Source: Moniliella sp. 'wahieum'
Taxonomy: Eukaryota
Direction: 5' to 3'
Length of the DNA stretch: 64,000 bases
NCBI GenBank assembly: GCA_003971905.1
Contig: RSEE01000109.1
Location: 1 to 64,000 of the forward strand
Shown: positions 1 to 12,239 of the stretch, piece by piece
How the letters are laid out: each line of letters opens with the position of its first letter
How positions within the stretch are numbered: position 1 is the first letter of the stretch
Made by a program: the position numbers and the translations under genes
Notes under the pieces: model-generated
The model's database searches: none
What the model was told of the DNA's origin: nothing
The model's input: the letters and a program-made list of their open reading frames with translations, nothing else

Positions 1-2698
1 TCCCGCTCGCCCAAGGCGCTGGGCGACCTGCTCATGCGCTGGGTCGACGACTCGACCCGCCCTACGCCCGCTTCTTGGCTGCCTTCACTGCGCCCCTCGA
101 TGCGCTGCCTGGCGTCGCGGACACCCCAAGCTCGCGTCCCTCTTGGCCCAGATGCGCCCCTCCTGCCCGCCTCGCTCGACGCAGCATTTGCCCTCCCGCT
201 CACCCGGCTGGGGTACTACAAGCGCCTCTATGCGCGTCTGCTCCGCCACCCAGCCGGGCCGCTCGGACCACCGCCCTCCTGGTCACCGCCAACGGCAAGC
301 TGGATGCGCTGTTGGCACAGGCGGACCAGGCGCGCCAGTCCCAGCCTGGCCCCAGCGCCAGCCCAACCCCAATTCCAACCCCAACCCAACCCCAACCCCG
401 CTCCAGGTCCTGGTGTTGGCGCTGCGCCCCGGCCCGCTGGCCAAGACGACGACGGATGAGCAATGCCCTCGAGCCACTCGGCCGCGTCAGCAAGCAGCAG
501 CCAAGCCTTTGTCTTCCGCCCGTCAGTGCGACGCACAGCAGTGCCAGTTCGCTTTCGCCGCCGCTGTTGCCACCCTCGGGTGGGGTGGCCGGTCTGTCGC
601 TCAAGGGTGGGCTGGCCGAGTCCAACGGCGCTCCGTCACCTTCTTTCTCAAGTGCGGAACCGGGACTTGATCTGCGCACCGCGCCTTCCGGTACCTCTGT
701 TCCAGCTCGCACCCACTCTCCCGACCTATCTTCTCCGCATCTAGGTCCGCTGCCCAAGTTCGGAGCTTTATCGCTGGACACCTTTCGCCCGCTCCCAACG
801 CTGTGGCGCGGACCGAGTCGCCCGCGGCGCTCGCTGCGCGTCTGCAAGCGGAACTAGACACGAGTCACACCTTGGACCTGTCACGCTCCAGCCCAAAGCG
901 TGCGCACTCCATCTGGCTCGGCCGGACTACCTTTTGAACGTCGTCTGCGCGCCGCGAGCAATGTGACGATCCGGCTGCTCCCGCGTGCGGGTTCGGCCGC
1001 CGCAGGAGGGGCAAGGTGCCGTATGGTCCGATGGGCATGCCGTGCTACTCACCGACCTTCCTCTTAGCGCTCAACCTGCCGCGTGAGGGACACCCGCCGC
1101 CGCCACCCCAGCAGGTCCAGGGCAGCGTAGCGCGATCCGGTCTCTACTCTTCCCCCGCTGACAGGCAAACATCTTACCCTTGCCCCCCTGCCGCCGCAGG
1201 CGCAGCAGTCGGAAGCCGTTGGCTCACGGTGCTAGGCAAAGAACGTTGTTGCTTACGTTTGGTCCGCGTGGCGACCCGGTTGCGGCTGAGAACGCGGCGC
1301 TTTGGCGCGCTCAGATCCAAGATTGTCACCAGTTTGCTTCGGGCTGTACGTCGCTCCTTTCGCTTGCGTGTGTGTATGTGTGTGTGGGGGTGGCACTAAC
1401 TTAGTCTACTTTTTCTGTATCGTAGTGGCAGGGGGTCGTCCCCCGCCCGGTCCTGCTGCTGCGGCTGCGCCTGCGGCTGCCATGGCCGCTCTGGGTCGCA
1501 GTACGCCCAATGGACCGCGGCAGCTGGACCCGTCAGCGTCGGCGTCGGGGCCTGTGCGTGGACAGCCTTTGGAACCGGTACCGATGCCGTCGATTTCGGT
1601 CGATGGGAGGCAAGGATTTCTTCTCCGTCGCCTGTGCACGGCACGCCCGCTTCGGGCAGTTTCCATGGCTGGGACCAAGATGCTCGTCCTAGCAGCAGCA
1701 GCATTCGCCCACTCGTTCGTTCTAGCTCCCCAAGGCCAAGGTGCAGGTCAAGGTCAAGGCCAAGGCCAAGGTCCACTGCCCCCTCGACTTCCTAGTCCTC
1801 TTCTTCCCGCGTCGCCCAACGGTTCGCACACGCTCTCTCCCTCGCCGCACAGTCCCGTGCCTACGCCCGGCTTCCCTACGGGGAGGGCATGGTACCTGTA
1901 CCTGGTGCGCCGGGCATGGCACCGATCGCCAGTCCTACCAGTTTAGCACCATCGTTCCCGCCTGCGCTTGCTCCTGCGCTCGCTGCGCACTCGGCCGTCC
2001 AGTCCGGCCGTGCGGCCGCAGCCTGGTCCACTGGGTGCGAGGGTGGTGGTTCGGCCATGGCGCACCCGGCAGGCGCTCGACCGGGCCGTTACCGCGTTCG
2101 GCATCGTACTCGGCTGACGGGACGGGAGCGGCTGCTGGCCCCGTGCCGGGTGGCGCTGGTGCAACCACGAGCGAAAGTGGGGGTAGCGATGCCGTCTGCG
2201 TTGCTCAAGTCGGGGCAGCTTGCCGAGCGCGGAGTGGCGAGTCGGAACGATATGTTGGCCGCTGCGTCGGACGAGTTGTTACCTGGGGAGACGGTATCGA
2301 GTTCCGTGGCGGAAGATACGGCGGTCGGTCGGGTGGGGGGCGGGTGAAAGCGACGCGTCTAGTGGCGCAGATGCGGTCCAAGGTATTTCTGCGTTCTGGG
2401 TCGGGGTGGAAACCATTGGGCGCGGCACAGGTACAGTTGTATGCGCTGGTGCCGCGCAGTGGGATCCGACGGGAACACCAGGCGCGCCAGCTGGTCGCGC
2501 AGGGTAAGTCGAAAACGTTGATTTCGACACTGGTCTTGACGGATGGCGGGGCGCATCGGATGGGGCGCACGGGGGTGGCAGTGGAATGCTCCTACGACGG
2601 ATTGCGTAGGCGTCGTCTACCTCCTCCAGCTCCGGAGCGAGGCCAGTGCCGATGGACTGTACGCGGCCATCATGGAGGATGCGGGCAAGACGGCGTAG
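1..2698 (+). CDS. Conserved fungal protein with N-terminal DH(RhoGEF)-like helical domain and C-terminal PH-like domain (5'-partial, frameshifted, probable intron near 1.37-1.43 kb)
   Basis: LDAAFALPLTRLGYYKRLYARLL..GRSDH..LLVTANGKLDALL resembles the end of a DH domain. C-terminal segment VAQMRSKVFLRSGSGWKPLG..KTLISTLVLTDG..RMGRTGVAVE..VYLLQLRSEASADGLY ends at TAG 2696-2698. Proline-rich middle. Confidence 0.5.
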
Positions 2699-3457
2699 CT
2701 GGCTTCTGGATTTATTTTTTGGCTTCTGCTTGTGCTCGCCCCCGGTTCTCGCTTGCATGATCCGACCTTTGTTCCCCCATTTCGCCATCGCCATCGCCAT
2801 CGCCAGTTCGCCATGAACCTTCTCTCTCTTCTCTCTATCTCTCTCGCTCTCGCTCTATCAATCTCTATCCCTATCCCCCCTCTCTCCCTGGTTTCTCTTC
2901 TCGCCCTCTCTCGCACCCCCACTTGCCTTTGCCTTGCTGCGCTGGCTTCTCGCATCGTTTCCCCTTTCCCCCTGGCATCCACACTGTATCGCATACCATC
3001 CCCCCTCCCACCTTCTCACCTTCCCACCCTCCCACTTTCCCACCTTGCAAGGCACCAAGGCAGGGCGATGCGAGCTTGTTTGCGGCGCTTTCGAACAGTT
3101 CGGTCCAGTTCAGTTCGGTTCGATTAGGATCACTTTGCTCGCTCCTTGACCCAATCTCGCTTTCGCTTTTCCCCCTTATTGTCCGTTGGGCAACCACGCC
3201 CCGCATTTTTTCTCTCTTCCGTCGCAATCACGTTCCCTCGTGCTCTCCCTCTTGCTCTTCCTCTTGCTCTTCCCTTTGCTCTTCCTCTTGCTCTTTCTTC
3301 CTCTTGCTCTTCCCTTTGCTCTTCCTCTTTCCTCTTTCCTCATCTTGCTTTCTTTTTTCGTCAGCTTCGTTTTCCCCCTCTTTACCTCTTACTCTTCACT
3401 CGTTTGGTTTCTTGTTTCCCTGTCCTGCTACTTGCTTTTGTTTCGGCTTTGGGCTTT

Positions 3458-3630
3458 CCTTTGGTTTTTGCCTTTGGTTTTTGCCTTTGGTTTTTGCCTT
3501 TGGTTTTTGCCTTTGGTTTTTGCCTTTGGTTTTTGCCTTTGGTTTTTGCCTTTGGTTTTTGCCTTTGGTTTTGCCTTTTTGGTTTTGCCTTTTTGGTTTT
3601 GGTTTTGGTTTGGTTTTGGTTTGGTTTTGG
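3458..3630. repeat. Tandem 13-mer (CCTTTGGTTTTTG)n decaying into (TTTTGG)n
   Basis: About 9 near-perfect copies read directly. It lies in a pyrimidine-rich tract that also carries CTCTTGCTCTTC repeats at about 3240-3330. Confidence 0.9.
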
Positions 3631-4699
3631 CTTCTAATGAGGAAGAGGAGGGCTGCACAAAAAATGGCATGGGTTCTCTGCAGTGCGTGCACGTTGACGT
3701 TGATGTTGACGTTGACGTTGGTTGGGAGCCAGTGGTCCGTTTCGTTTGGCTATACAGCTACTAGTAGTACCAGCCAGTACCCGTCGCAGTACCATCTACT
3801 ACCGTCCCAACCATCGGGTACCATCGCGTACCGTCTCCGACCGGAACGTCTCCGACCGCTCGCTATTCGCTCCCCCAACCCATGCCCATTGCCATCACAA
3901 GGCGCACCGACCCAACACTGAACACGATGAAAGATGTCGATGATCGCATGCGACTCCCCGGCGAGGAATTGAATCCTGCCCGGCCCAGATGCGCGTAGGA
4001 CCAACCTATGTGTACAGAGGTGTGGGAACGTAGACTCCCACCAAGTTTCAAGCGTAAGCCGATACGCGACCAGCCAACGGGTGGTGGGTTGGATGCTACG
4101 ACATGACGCTACCCTACCTCTTTGCCTAGGCGCAGTACCCTTTTTCTCAGGGCGGCTACAGAAGCCCTGTACGCGGACCGGACAACCAGTCCAACCCAAC
4201 GCATCTGATCTGGGGTGCCTCTCCCCCGCTCCGTCTCTATCTCCATCTCCATCTCCATCTGCCTCGGTACGGCCGCGTCTCCATACTGGTGAGACCGGAC
4301 CCCGGTGCCAAGCGAGACAGCAATAAAGAACTGGAGGTCAATAGACGATAGGGATGGATTGTTGGTGAGCGATAGTAGAGAGTAACGGAGAGGGAGGAGG
4401 GAGTGGAAAAGAGGCAAGACTAAGAGCTACGACGGCCAAGGCTTCTAGAGGGAGACTCGCCGGACAACTCCCCAGCCACGCTTCCGTCTGAGCGGAACTA
4501 GCGACACTACCTTGCTGGATAGAAGTGGCTGGGAGCGCCAGAGTGCGGCTATGCCCTTGGCACACTGCACTAGTGTCCCAACACTGGTCTGCTACTCGTG
4601 TCATAAAGAAGAGACGGATAGTCCACTGGTCTGCTCCTCGAGCCACTAGTCAATATCACAGAAGAGACAGTCAGGTAAGCCATCGAGACAGACTTAAGT

Positions 4700-6317
4700 T
4701 TATCGCTGCGCGCGGGCATTGGCAATGAGCTGGTCCATGGTCCAGAGCGTGAGCAGACGCGCATGCTGGGCCTCAGCAACCGAGAGGACCGGTTGGATCT
4801 GTGGCCTGGGCGGCGGGTCGAGCGGGCCATAGGCAACGACAAGCTGACAAGCATCAGGTTCGGACGTGCCCGTGCTGCTGCTGCTGACACTGCTTGTGCC
4901 GGTGGTGCTGCCGGTGCTGGTGGTGCCGTTGCTGGTGGTGCATTGGCCGCGTGGCCCAGAGGGAGGTGAATGCGGTAAAACGCATACCGACGTTCCGGTA
5001 CGCCCTTGAGACAAAGCACCGCATCCCCATCCGCATCTCCATCCGCCTCTGCCTCCGCATGCGCATCCCAAGCCCCGCGCGACCGTGGTGGGTCACTATG
5101 GGACGAAACAGAAGCCGAAGCCGAAGCCGAAGCAGAAGTGGAAGCAGAATGAGGAGCCGCGTGCGGAGGGTCAGGGGCCAACCAGGCGGAAAGTTGGATC
5201 TGGGCAAAATCAAACCCGAGTCCGACGCCGAAATTCTTGGTGAGGGCTTCCTTGTGGGTCCAGAGGGTAAACAGGCGTGCGAGGGTTCGGGTTTCAGCAG
5301 GGGTCAAGGGTGCGCGCGGGCGAGCCTGCTCAGCGCGGAGAGGATGCCCGTTGAACCGGCCTGATCCCGATCGGACGGGCACTCATGGGAGGGGAGGGAT
5401 TGTGACGACGCAGGTGGGACGGGAGTTGAGCCACTCATTATCCACGCGCGCTCCTTCGGGGTCAAAGTCAACTCCATAGCCTGGACAAACGAGGTGACAG
5501 AACGTTCGTACCGCGGCAGCGCGACGCGCATTACGTCCACGCCCACCCTGGTCCGCTGGGGGGGAGCGGTAGGACATGCAGCCAAGGCGACCCAGTCGCC
5601 ATCGTGGGTCACGTTGTAGTCCCACTCTGATGCGGCTGCGCTAACGGGGCTGCTCTGTATCCGGCACACGTCAGCGCTCGGCCTGGGTCGGCGGGGAGGC
5701 GGTCGAGCTCAGGAGGGAGGGGAGGGAGCGGTCGAGCTCGTGCGGGAGGGGGGGGGGGAGGGGGCGGTTGAGCTCGTGAGGGAGAGGAGATGAGGAGATG
5801 AGATTACGAGATGGGGTAGAGGGCGAGGGATGGGAGGGGAGGGGAGGGGAGGAACGTGAACGTGAACGTACTAGGAACGGACGCCCTTCGCGCGTAGTAG
5901 CGAACTGGAGCTTCTCCACGCCCGCCGAGGTGGGAAGAGTAGAGCAGGCGCGGGAGTAGTTGGCCAGCCAGCGCGCCTGGGTGGAAAGCAAGCGCCGCAA
6001 CACAACACAACACAAACAACACAACACAACACACACAAAGTCAGTCCGAGTGCAAGTAACGATGGGGGTGGGGAGATGAAGGGCGAAGAAATGAGAGGAA
6101 GAGGAAAGAAGAGGAACGGTTGCTACGTACGGATCTGGTCGGGGACGCGGTAAAAGGCGCGTACTTTGCGGCTAGCGGGGGAGTCGGGGCCGAGCAGCTC
6201 GTCAGCCAGCGCGGCGAGCTCGGAGGCGGAGGTGCGGTCGAGCCAGGCGGACACGTCGACGGCCCAGACGAGCAGCGGCGGCGGCGACAACAGCGGAGGC
6301 GACAGGGGCGACGGCAT
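4700..6317 (-). CDS. LYS5: Sfp/Lys5-type 4'-phosphopantetheinyl transferase (spliced, frameshifted)
   Basis: Motifs VWAVDV, RALAGQLLPRLL, TREGRPFL, YNVTHDGDWV, VGVDVM, LWTHKEALTKNFGVGLGFDF. Introns at about 5977-6128 and 5630-5870. Confidence 0.85.
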
Positions 6318-6597
6318 TGCTTGCGCGGCGGCCAGCAGCCGTGGCGAGCGCGGGGAGCTCGGCGTCGGCGTCGGCGTCGGCGTTGGGCTCAGCCTCAGCG
6401 GTACTCGCCGGGCGCGAATAAGCGGCGCAGCGGAACGCCGGTTCCGCCACGCGGCGCCGGCGGGCTTCTTGGGCCGGAAGCGGGAAGAAGCGGGAAGGAA
6501 GGCAGGAAGGAAGGAAGCCGTGCGGAGGCAAAGTGCGCTGTGGGGAAACCAACACGGCCACGCCACCCCTACCCCCACCCCCACCGCCGTCTGCGCC

Positions 6598-7714
6598 ATG
6601 GCTGCTCCCTCGCCCTTCCCGCCGCTCGGAGTGCCTGGGCATGCGCCTGGCGAGCCGCTGGCTGAGCAGCTGCATCTTCCGCCGCAGCGGTCGACGGTGG
6701 CAGTGCCAGTGCGGCCGAGGGTGCCGCGGCGCGCTACGGGTTCTTCACCCCGCTCATCCAAGCTGCTGGCCGGGTACATGCTGCTCGGCATCGTCTCGAT
6801 CTGCCGAACCCCGGGACGATTGAGCATTGCAGCGGGAAGTCAAGGCGACGCATTTGACCAATCACTTTTTCGATGGTGCGCGCGCCGATTTGACCAAGGT
6901 GTTTTCTGTCAACCCTGTGTTCCAGGTGACGCATGCGTTTAGTATGCCCGTGGCGCCCAATCCGCCAAGCTACAACTTTGGTGCGGTGTTGGGTGACCAT
7001 CGGCACTTTCTCCAGGGTGGGGTGGACGATTCGGGGTCGGTGACGATGCGTGCGAATCGCGGGTGGGGGGGTACGGCCACATTTCGAAAGTGCAAGCGCA
7101 GTTGGTGAGTGGGTCAGGATCGTTTGTGCAGCTAGAGCATGACTACCAAGGTGGGGACCACAGTTTGAACCTCAAAGCGCTCAATCCATCGGTGACAAAT
7201 GGCACGGGGATCTTTATGGCGAGTTACTTGCAATCGCTTACGCGTACCTTTGCCTGTGGGCTTGAGACGGTCGTCCAACGTCCCTCGCCCGAGGTGCAAG
7301 AAGCCACGACGGGCTACCACGCCAAGTTGACGGGTACGGAGAAGGAATGGATTGCGACCTTGTCGGCCCAAGGGATGGGGGTACTGCAAGCGTCGTACTG
7401 GCACAAGTTGGCCGAGCGGGTAGAGGTGGCGGCGGATCTGCTCTTGTTGCGGTAGGACCAAAGCGGGAAGCAACAGCCACGTTGGGTGCCAAATGGGACT
7501 TTCACATGTCCACCCTGCGTACGCAGATTGACTCGGCGGGCAAGTTGGCGACGCAACTGGAGCAGCGCTTGGCGCCTACTTTTTCGTTTACCGTCGGCGG
7601 GGAGATTGACCATGCCAAGGGGGCGTCGCGGTTTGGTGTTGGGCTCAACATGAGTCGGGCGCCGAGATGGACCCGAATGCGCCACCGCCAACGCCGCCTT
7701 CTCTGCCTCTGTAG
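6598..7714 (+). CDS. TOM40: Mitochondrial outer membrane translocase channel Tom40 (frameshifted)
   Basis: REVKATHLTNHFFDGARADLTKVFSVNPVFQVTHAF, FLQGGVDDSG, QLEHDYQG.D.SLNLKALNPS, ASYLQSLT, ATLGAKWDFHMSTLRTQIDSAGK, GEIDH. Confidence 0.95.
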
Positions 7715-9174
7715 AGCGGGCACCCGTCATTCATTTCGACGCGTCGCGCAACGAGGAGTTTTGCTCCCCAAAAAAAGAAAAAAGAGGGCAGAAGCCGAGC
7801 ATGGCCAAGGGGGCGGGGGGGGGGCAGGAGCAATACATTGCATCGGCGTCTCGCCAGCTCGCGCGAGGACAAGAGAGAGAAGTTGCTTGCTGAAGCGAAG
7901 GGCTCTGTAGTTGCGATGTGAATATGGCGACTTTGGGGCGTAGAGTGCGAGGGCAACGGTCAACGGTCAACATTCAACTTGAACGGCTGGGCGTCACATG
8001 ACGGTGCGATGGATGCGGGAAGAATGGCGCATAACCGGGAACCGCCGCCTCTGGCCGGCTGTCTGGACACTTGAGCGACTGGATCGATCTGATGGATGAT
8101 CGAGATGGATGAGGTTGGCGACGTCACTCGCGTCACTTGCTAGTCCCTCAGCAGCTGGGCAGCTGAACAGTGATCGTAGTGATCTTAGTGATCCTGAACT
8201 GGCTCCTCGGTTGAACGTGGTGAACGCAAACGATGGGTAGAGTAGGTTGACGTTGAACTTGAACGTTGCGATTACTCACTAGTCACTAGCTACTAGTCAC
8301 TACTGCCTCAGCGGCGCAAGCACTGAAGTTCGACTGGCGACAGTCTGTTTCCAAGATTGCGCCCAAACGGGGATGGTTTGGTTATACGTAGGCAGATGGG
8401 CTCATGCGCTCCAGCGCTGCTGGCCGCGAGCCTGCTCTCTGGCACTCAGAACTCAGAACCCGCCGGGAGCGCGGGTGGGTACGTAGCAGCCATGTTGAAC
8501 GGTACGATAGATACGTTGACAGGGGGGGATGCCTTGTTCTTTTCTGTCGTCCCTGGAAGCTTGAGCTTGCCGTCGAAAGCTGGACGCTTGAATTTGCTGC
8601 TGCCGTCGCAGCGTGGCGAAGGAGATGCCAATCAAGATCAATCTTACTCGGCCACCCGACGAATCGGACGACACGGGCGGCGCCAAACCCAGCAGGTAGC
8701 CAACAAGGCAAGCATCAGTGTGCGAAATGCATCGACCAAATATTGCATTTGCATTTTGCGCGCACGTTGGCGCTCCGCATGCTCAGCCCGATCGCCAGTG
8801 TAGCTTGTGGTGCGGCCTCAGCGTCAGCCTGAGGATGGGCTCGCCTCAGCACCACGCACGCATCACGTCGAGATCTAACCAGTAACTAGTAACCCCAGAG
8901 TGGGACGAGGCTGGGAGGAATTTGGCAGCCGACAGGCAAGGTTTGGTTTGCGCCGGGCACGGACCACGCCAGTTGCGCGCCGCTGCCCCCGTGCCTGTGC
9001 TGGTCACGTGCGGCAGGCGGTCGTGCCACGTCCTGCGTGGGGGGTTTAAGTGTTGGTGCAGCGGCACGGCGGCAGTCTCCGTCCCGCCCAGCACAGCAAG
9101 CACCTCGACCGGGCTGATGTATGTGTACTGACTGATGTACCGAGTACTTCGGATTACGGACGCCCGCCGCGATG

Positions 9175-9181
9175 TATATAA
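9175..9181 (+). promoter_or_regulatory. Probable TATA box of pyruvate kinase
   Basis: TATATAA about 95 nt upstream of ATG 9276, followed by a pyrimidine-rich leader. Confidence 0.6.
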
Positions 9182-9275
9182 CCCGCCCAGCTGCCCTGGC
9201 CGCCCCCCGCTCTTTCCCCCATCTTTCCGATCCCACCCCCCCCTTCCCACCGTCCTCAACTCCACCAGAAGCACC

Positions 9276-10960
9276 ATGGCTCTCGCTCCCAACGCCCGCA
9301 TGACGCAGATCGAGTGGCTGGCCCACCTCAACCCGCTCGGCTTCCAGCAGACCGCGTCCAACCCCAACAACCGCAAGACAGCCATCGTCTGCACCATTGG
9401 TCCCAAGAGCAACAATGTGCCTACGCTCAAGGCGCTGCGTGACGCCGGCATGAACGTCGTCCGTCTCAATGCGTCGCACGGCACGCACGAGTACTTCCAG
9501 TCGGTCATTGACAATGCTCGTGAGGTCGAGGCCAAGTACCCTGGCCGTCCGTTGGCCATTGCTCTGGACACCAAGGGTCCCGAGATGCGCACGGGCATGA
9601 TGGTCAATGGGGAAGATGCGCCGATCGAGGCTGGCCACGTATTTTACGTGACGACCGACGATGCGTACGCTGAAAAGTCCAGCCCGAGTCACCTGTACAT
9701 TGACTACAAGAACCTGCCCAAGATGATTGACGTGGGCAAGAAGATTTACATTGACGATGGTATTCTTGCGCTGGAGGTGCTTGCGATTGAGTCGCCTACG
9801 CTCGTCAAGGTGCGCGCTGTCAACGCCGGTGTGCTGAGCAACAAGAAGGGTGTCAACCTTCCCATGACAGAGATTGACTTGCCCGCTCTGTCGGCCAAGG
9901 ACGAGGCGGACATTCGTTTTGCCGTTTCGCAAAACCTCGACTACGTCTTTGCCTCTTTCATCCGTACCCCGCAGGACGTGCAGCACATCCGCCGCGTCCT
10001 CGGCGAGGACGGCGCCCACATCAAGATCATCTCCAAGATCGAGTCCCACCAGGGTGTGCAGAACTTCACCGACATTCTCAAGGAGACCGACGGTATCATG
10101 GTCGCCCGTGGTGACCTTGGTATTGAGATCCCGGCCGAGGCTGTCGCTGTGAGCCAGGTGCGTTTTCTCTCCCGTCTTCCATTTTGTGCTTTGGTGTAGG
10201 TTTTTCTCTATGGATGTACTGACACGGGGTTGGTTGTTTTCCTCTTTTCGTCTGCAGAAAATGATGATCGCTCAATGCAACTTGGCTGGCAAGCCTGTGA
10301 TTTGCGCTACGCAGATGCTCGAGTCGATGATCAAGAACAACCGTCCTACGCGTGCCGAGGTGTCGGACGTGTTCAACGCCGTGTTGGACGGTGCGGACTG
10401 TGTCATGTTGTCGGGTGAGACGGCCAAGGGTCTGTACCCCGTGGAGGCAGTGACGACAATGGCGCAGACTGCTCGTCTTGCCGAATCGGCACTTGCCTAC
10501 CCTGCGATCTTCAATGAGATGCGGCAAGTTGTGCAGACGCCTACGCACACCGAGGAGACTGTTGCTATGGCTGCTGTGGCCGCTGCGCTTGAGCAGAAGG
10601 CCGGTGCGATCCTGCTCATGTCTACTTCGGGTAACACCGCCCGCTGGTGAGCAAGTACCGTCCCTCGTGCCCCGTGCTGGTGATTACGCGTAACGACCAG
10701 ACTGTGCGTGCGTGCCACCTGTACCGCGGCACTTACCCGTTCTACTACCCGCACCCGCGTCCCGCCGTGGGCAAGTGGCAAGAGGACGTCGACAACCGGA
10801 TCAAGTTTGGCTTCTCGGAAGCTTTGGCCCTGGGCATCCTCAAGCCCGGCGCTACCGTCGTTGCCCTCCAGGGCTGGCGCGCCGGTAAGGGCGCCAACTC
10901 GATGCGCATCCTCTCTGTCCCACGCACGAGTCGGGTCTCGAGCTCGAGTCGGCCCAGTAA
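9276..10960 (+). CDS. PYK1: Pyruvate kinase (intron 10158-10257; indels near 10648 and 10920)
   Basis: [114 protein letters not shown] intron. Confidence 0.97.
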
Positions 10961-12239
10961 ACAGATGCGCTCGCCACCGCTAACGCCAACGCCAACGCGA
11001 ACGTGAACGCACTGCTTACTAGTCGATGAACCACTGTGCTCGCCCACGTTTTTTTTTTTTCTTCGGGGTCCACCGTGCTTGTCTTCCACGCCCCCCATCG
11101 TTACGTCTTTGATGCTATGACAAATGAAAACTGTGCTCTTGCCATTCTGCCTTGCCTGCTGTTGTGGTAGTTGTAGTCTAGTCTTGTGTGCGCGGTACAC
11201 GATCCCGGTGTCGTCGTTAACATTGGGATCGCCTTGTATGCATACTATAGTGGATGATATATATCCGCGCATGGGGCGCAAATGGGAGAAAGCCTAACCG
11301 GTAACCCGATTGATTGCACGAGTACCGGGGGGGAGGTGCCGGATGCTGGGGAAGAAGGCGTACCAGCGATCTGGAGCTGGAGCCAAATCAATCTGCCGAC
11401 GACTCGACGAGTGTGGCCTGTGACCGACTGGGAGAGGGAGAGGGATGGAGGCATGGAGGGATGGAGGGATGGGGAGCCTCATGATGGATGGCATGAGGAC
11501 GATGGATGAGTAGAGGGGCAAGGTGTGCAGTGAGCAGCATCGAGCACCGCACACAGCACACAGCACCGAACACCAAGCACCGAGCAAAGAGCATATTTGC
11601 AACCAAAAGGGTACCCGGGGTACGAGAGAGAGGCAAGCTAAGTAAAGTAAGATTGGTGGATGATCGAGATGATCGAAGATGATGCAAAAGTGGGCAACAA
11701 AAAGCAAAGTGCATATGTGGGGTACCTCATTATGTCGTGCGAAAAAAGGAGTATTGGGCGGAGAGCAGAGCGGAGGAGAGGGGAGGGGGAGAGAGGGAGG
11801 AGAGGGGAGAAAGGGACAGAGGAGAAGGAATGGGACGAAAGTAGAGGAGATAAAGGGAAGGAGAGATGAGAAGATGAGATGAGATAAGATGAGAAAAGGA
11901 AACCAACCCTTCTTCCTACAACGAAAACGCAAAATGCGAAATGCGAAATGCGAAAGGCAAAAGCAAATGGCAAAGAGCAAAGGGCAAAGAGCAAAAAGGC
12001 AAAAAGCGCATGCATGCCAGCAGCAACCTCACCCGCCTCACCCGCCTCACCGCCTCACCCGCCTCACCCGCCTCACCCACCTCGCCATCCAACGTAGCTT
12101 GGGACGGAGGGAAGGGAAGGGAAGGGGGGGTGGACGCCCTCCCTTCTCCTCCTTCCTCCTTCCTCCTTCCACCGCCCTGCACGTGCACCTCCCCCCGCGC
12201 TCCGTACGCTCCTCCCGCAGCTCCCGCAGCTCCCGCAGC

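Noticed and set aside
3458..3630. Telomere-like or CRISPR-like array; the 22629-22718 repeat was also considered
   Set aside because: These are spacer-less tandem repeats at internal positions in a eukaryote, with no cas genes.
2923..3921. Long hydrophobic ORFs (332, 192 and 163 aa) resembling membrane proteins
   Set aside because: They arise from stop-free pyrimidine repeats that are open in all three frames.
10958..11028. Stop-codon readthrough adding a cryptic peroxisomal signal to pyruvate kinase, as known for other fungal glycolytic enzymes
   Set aside because: The stop is TAA ACA rather than TGA CTA, and the extension ends in LLTSR, which is not a PTS1.
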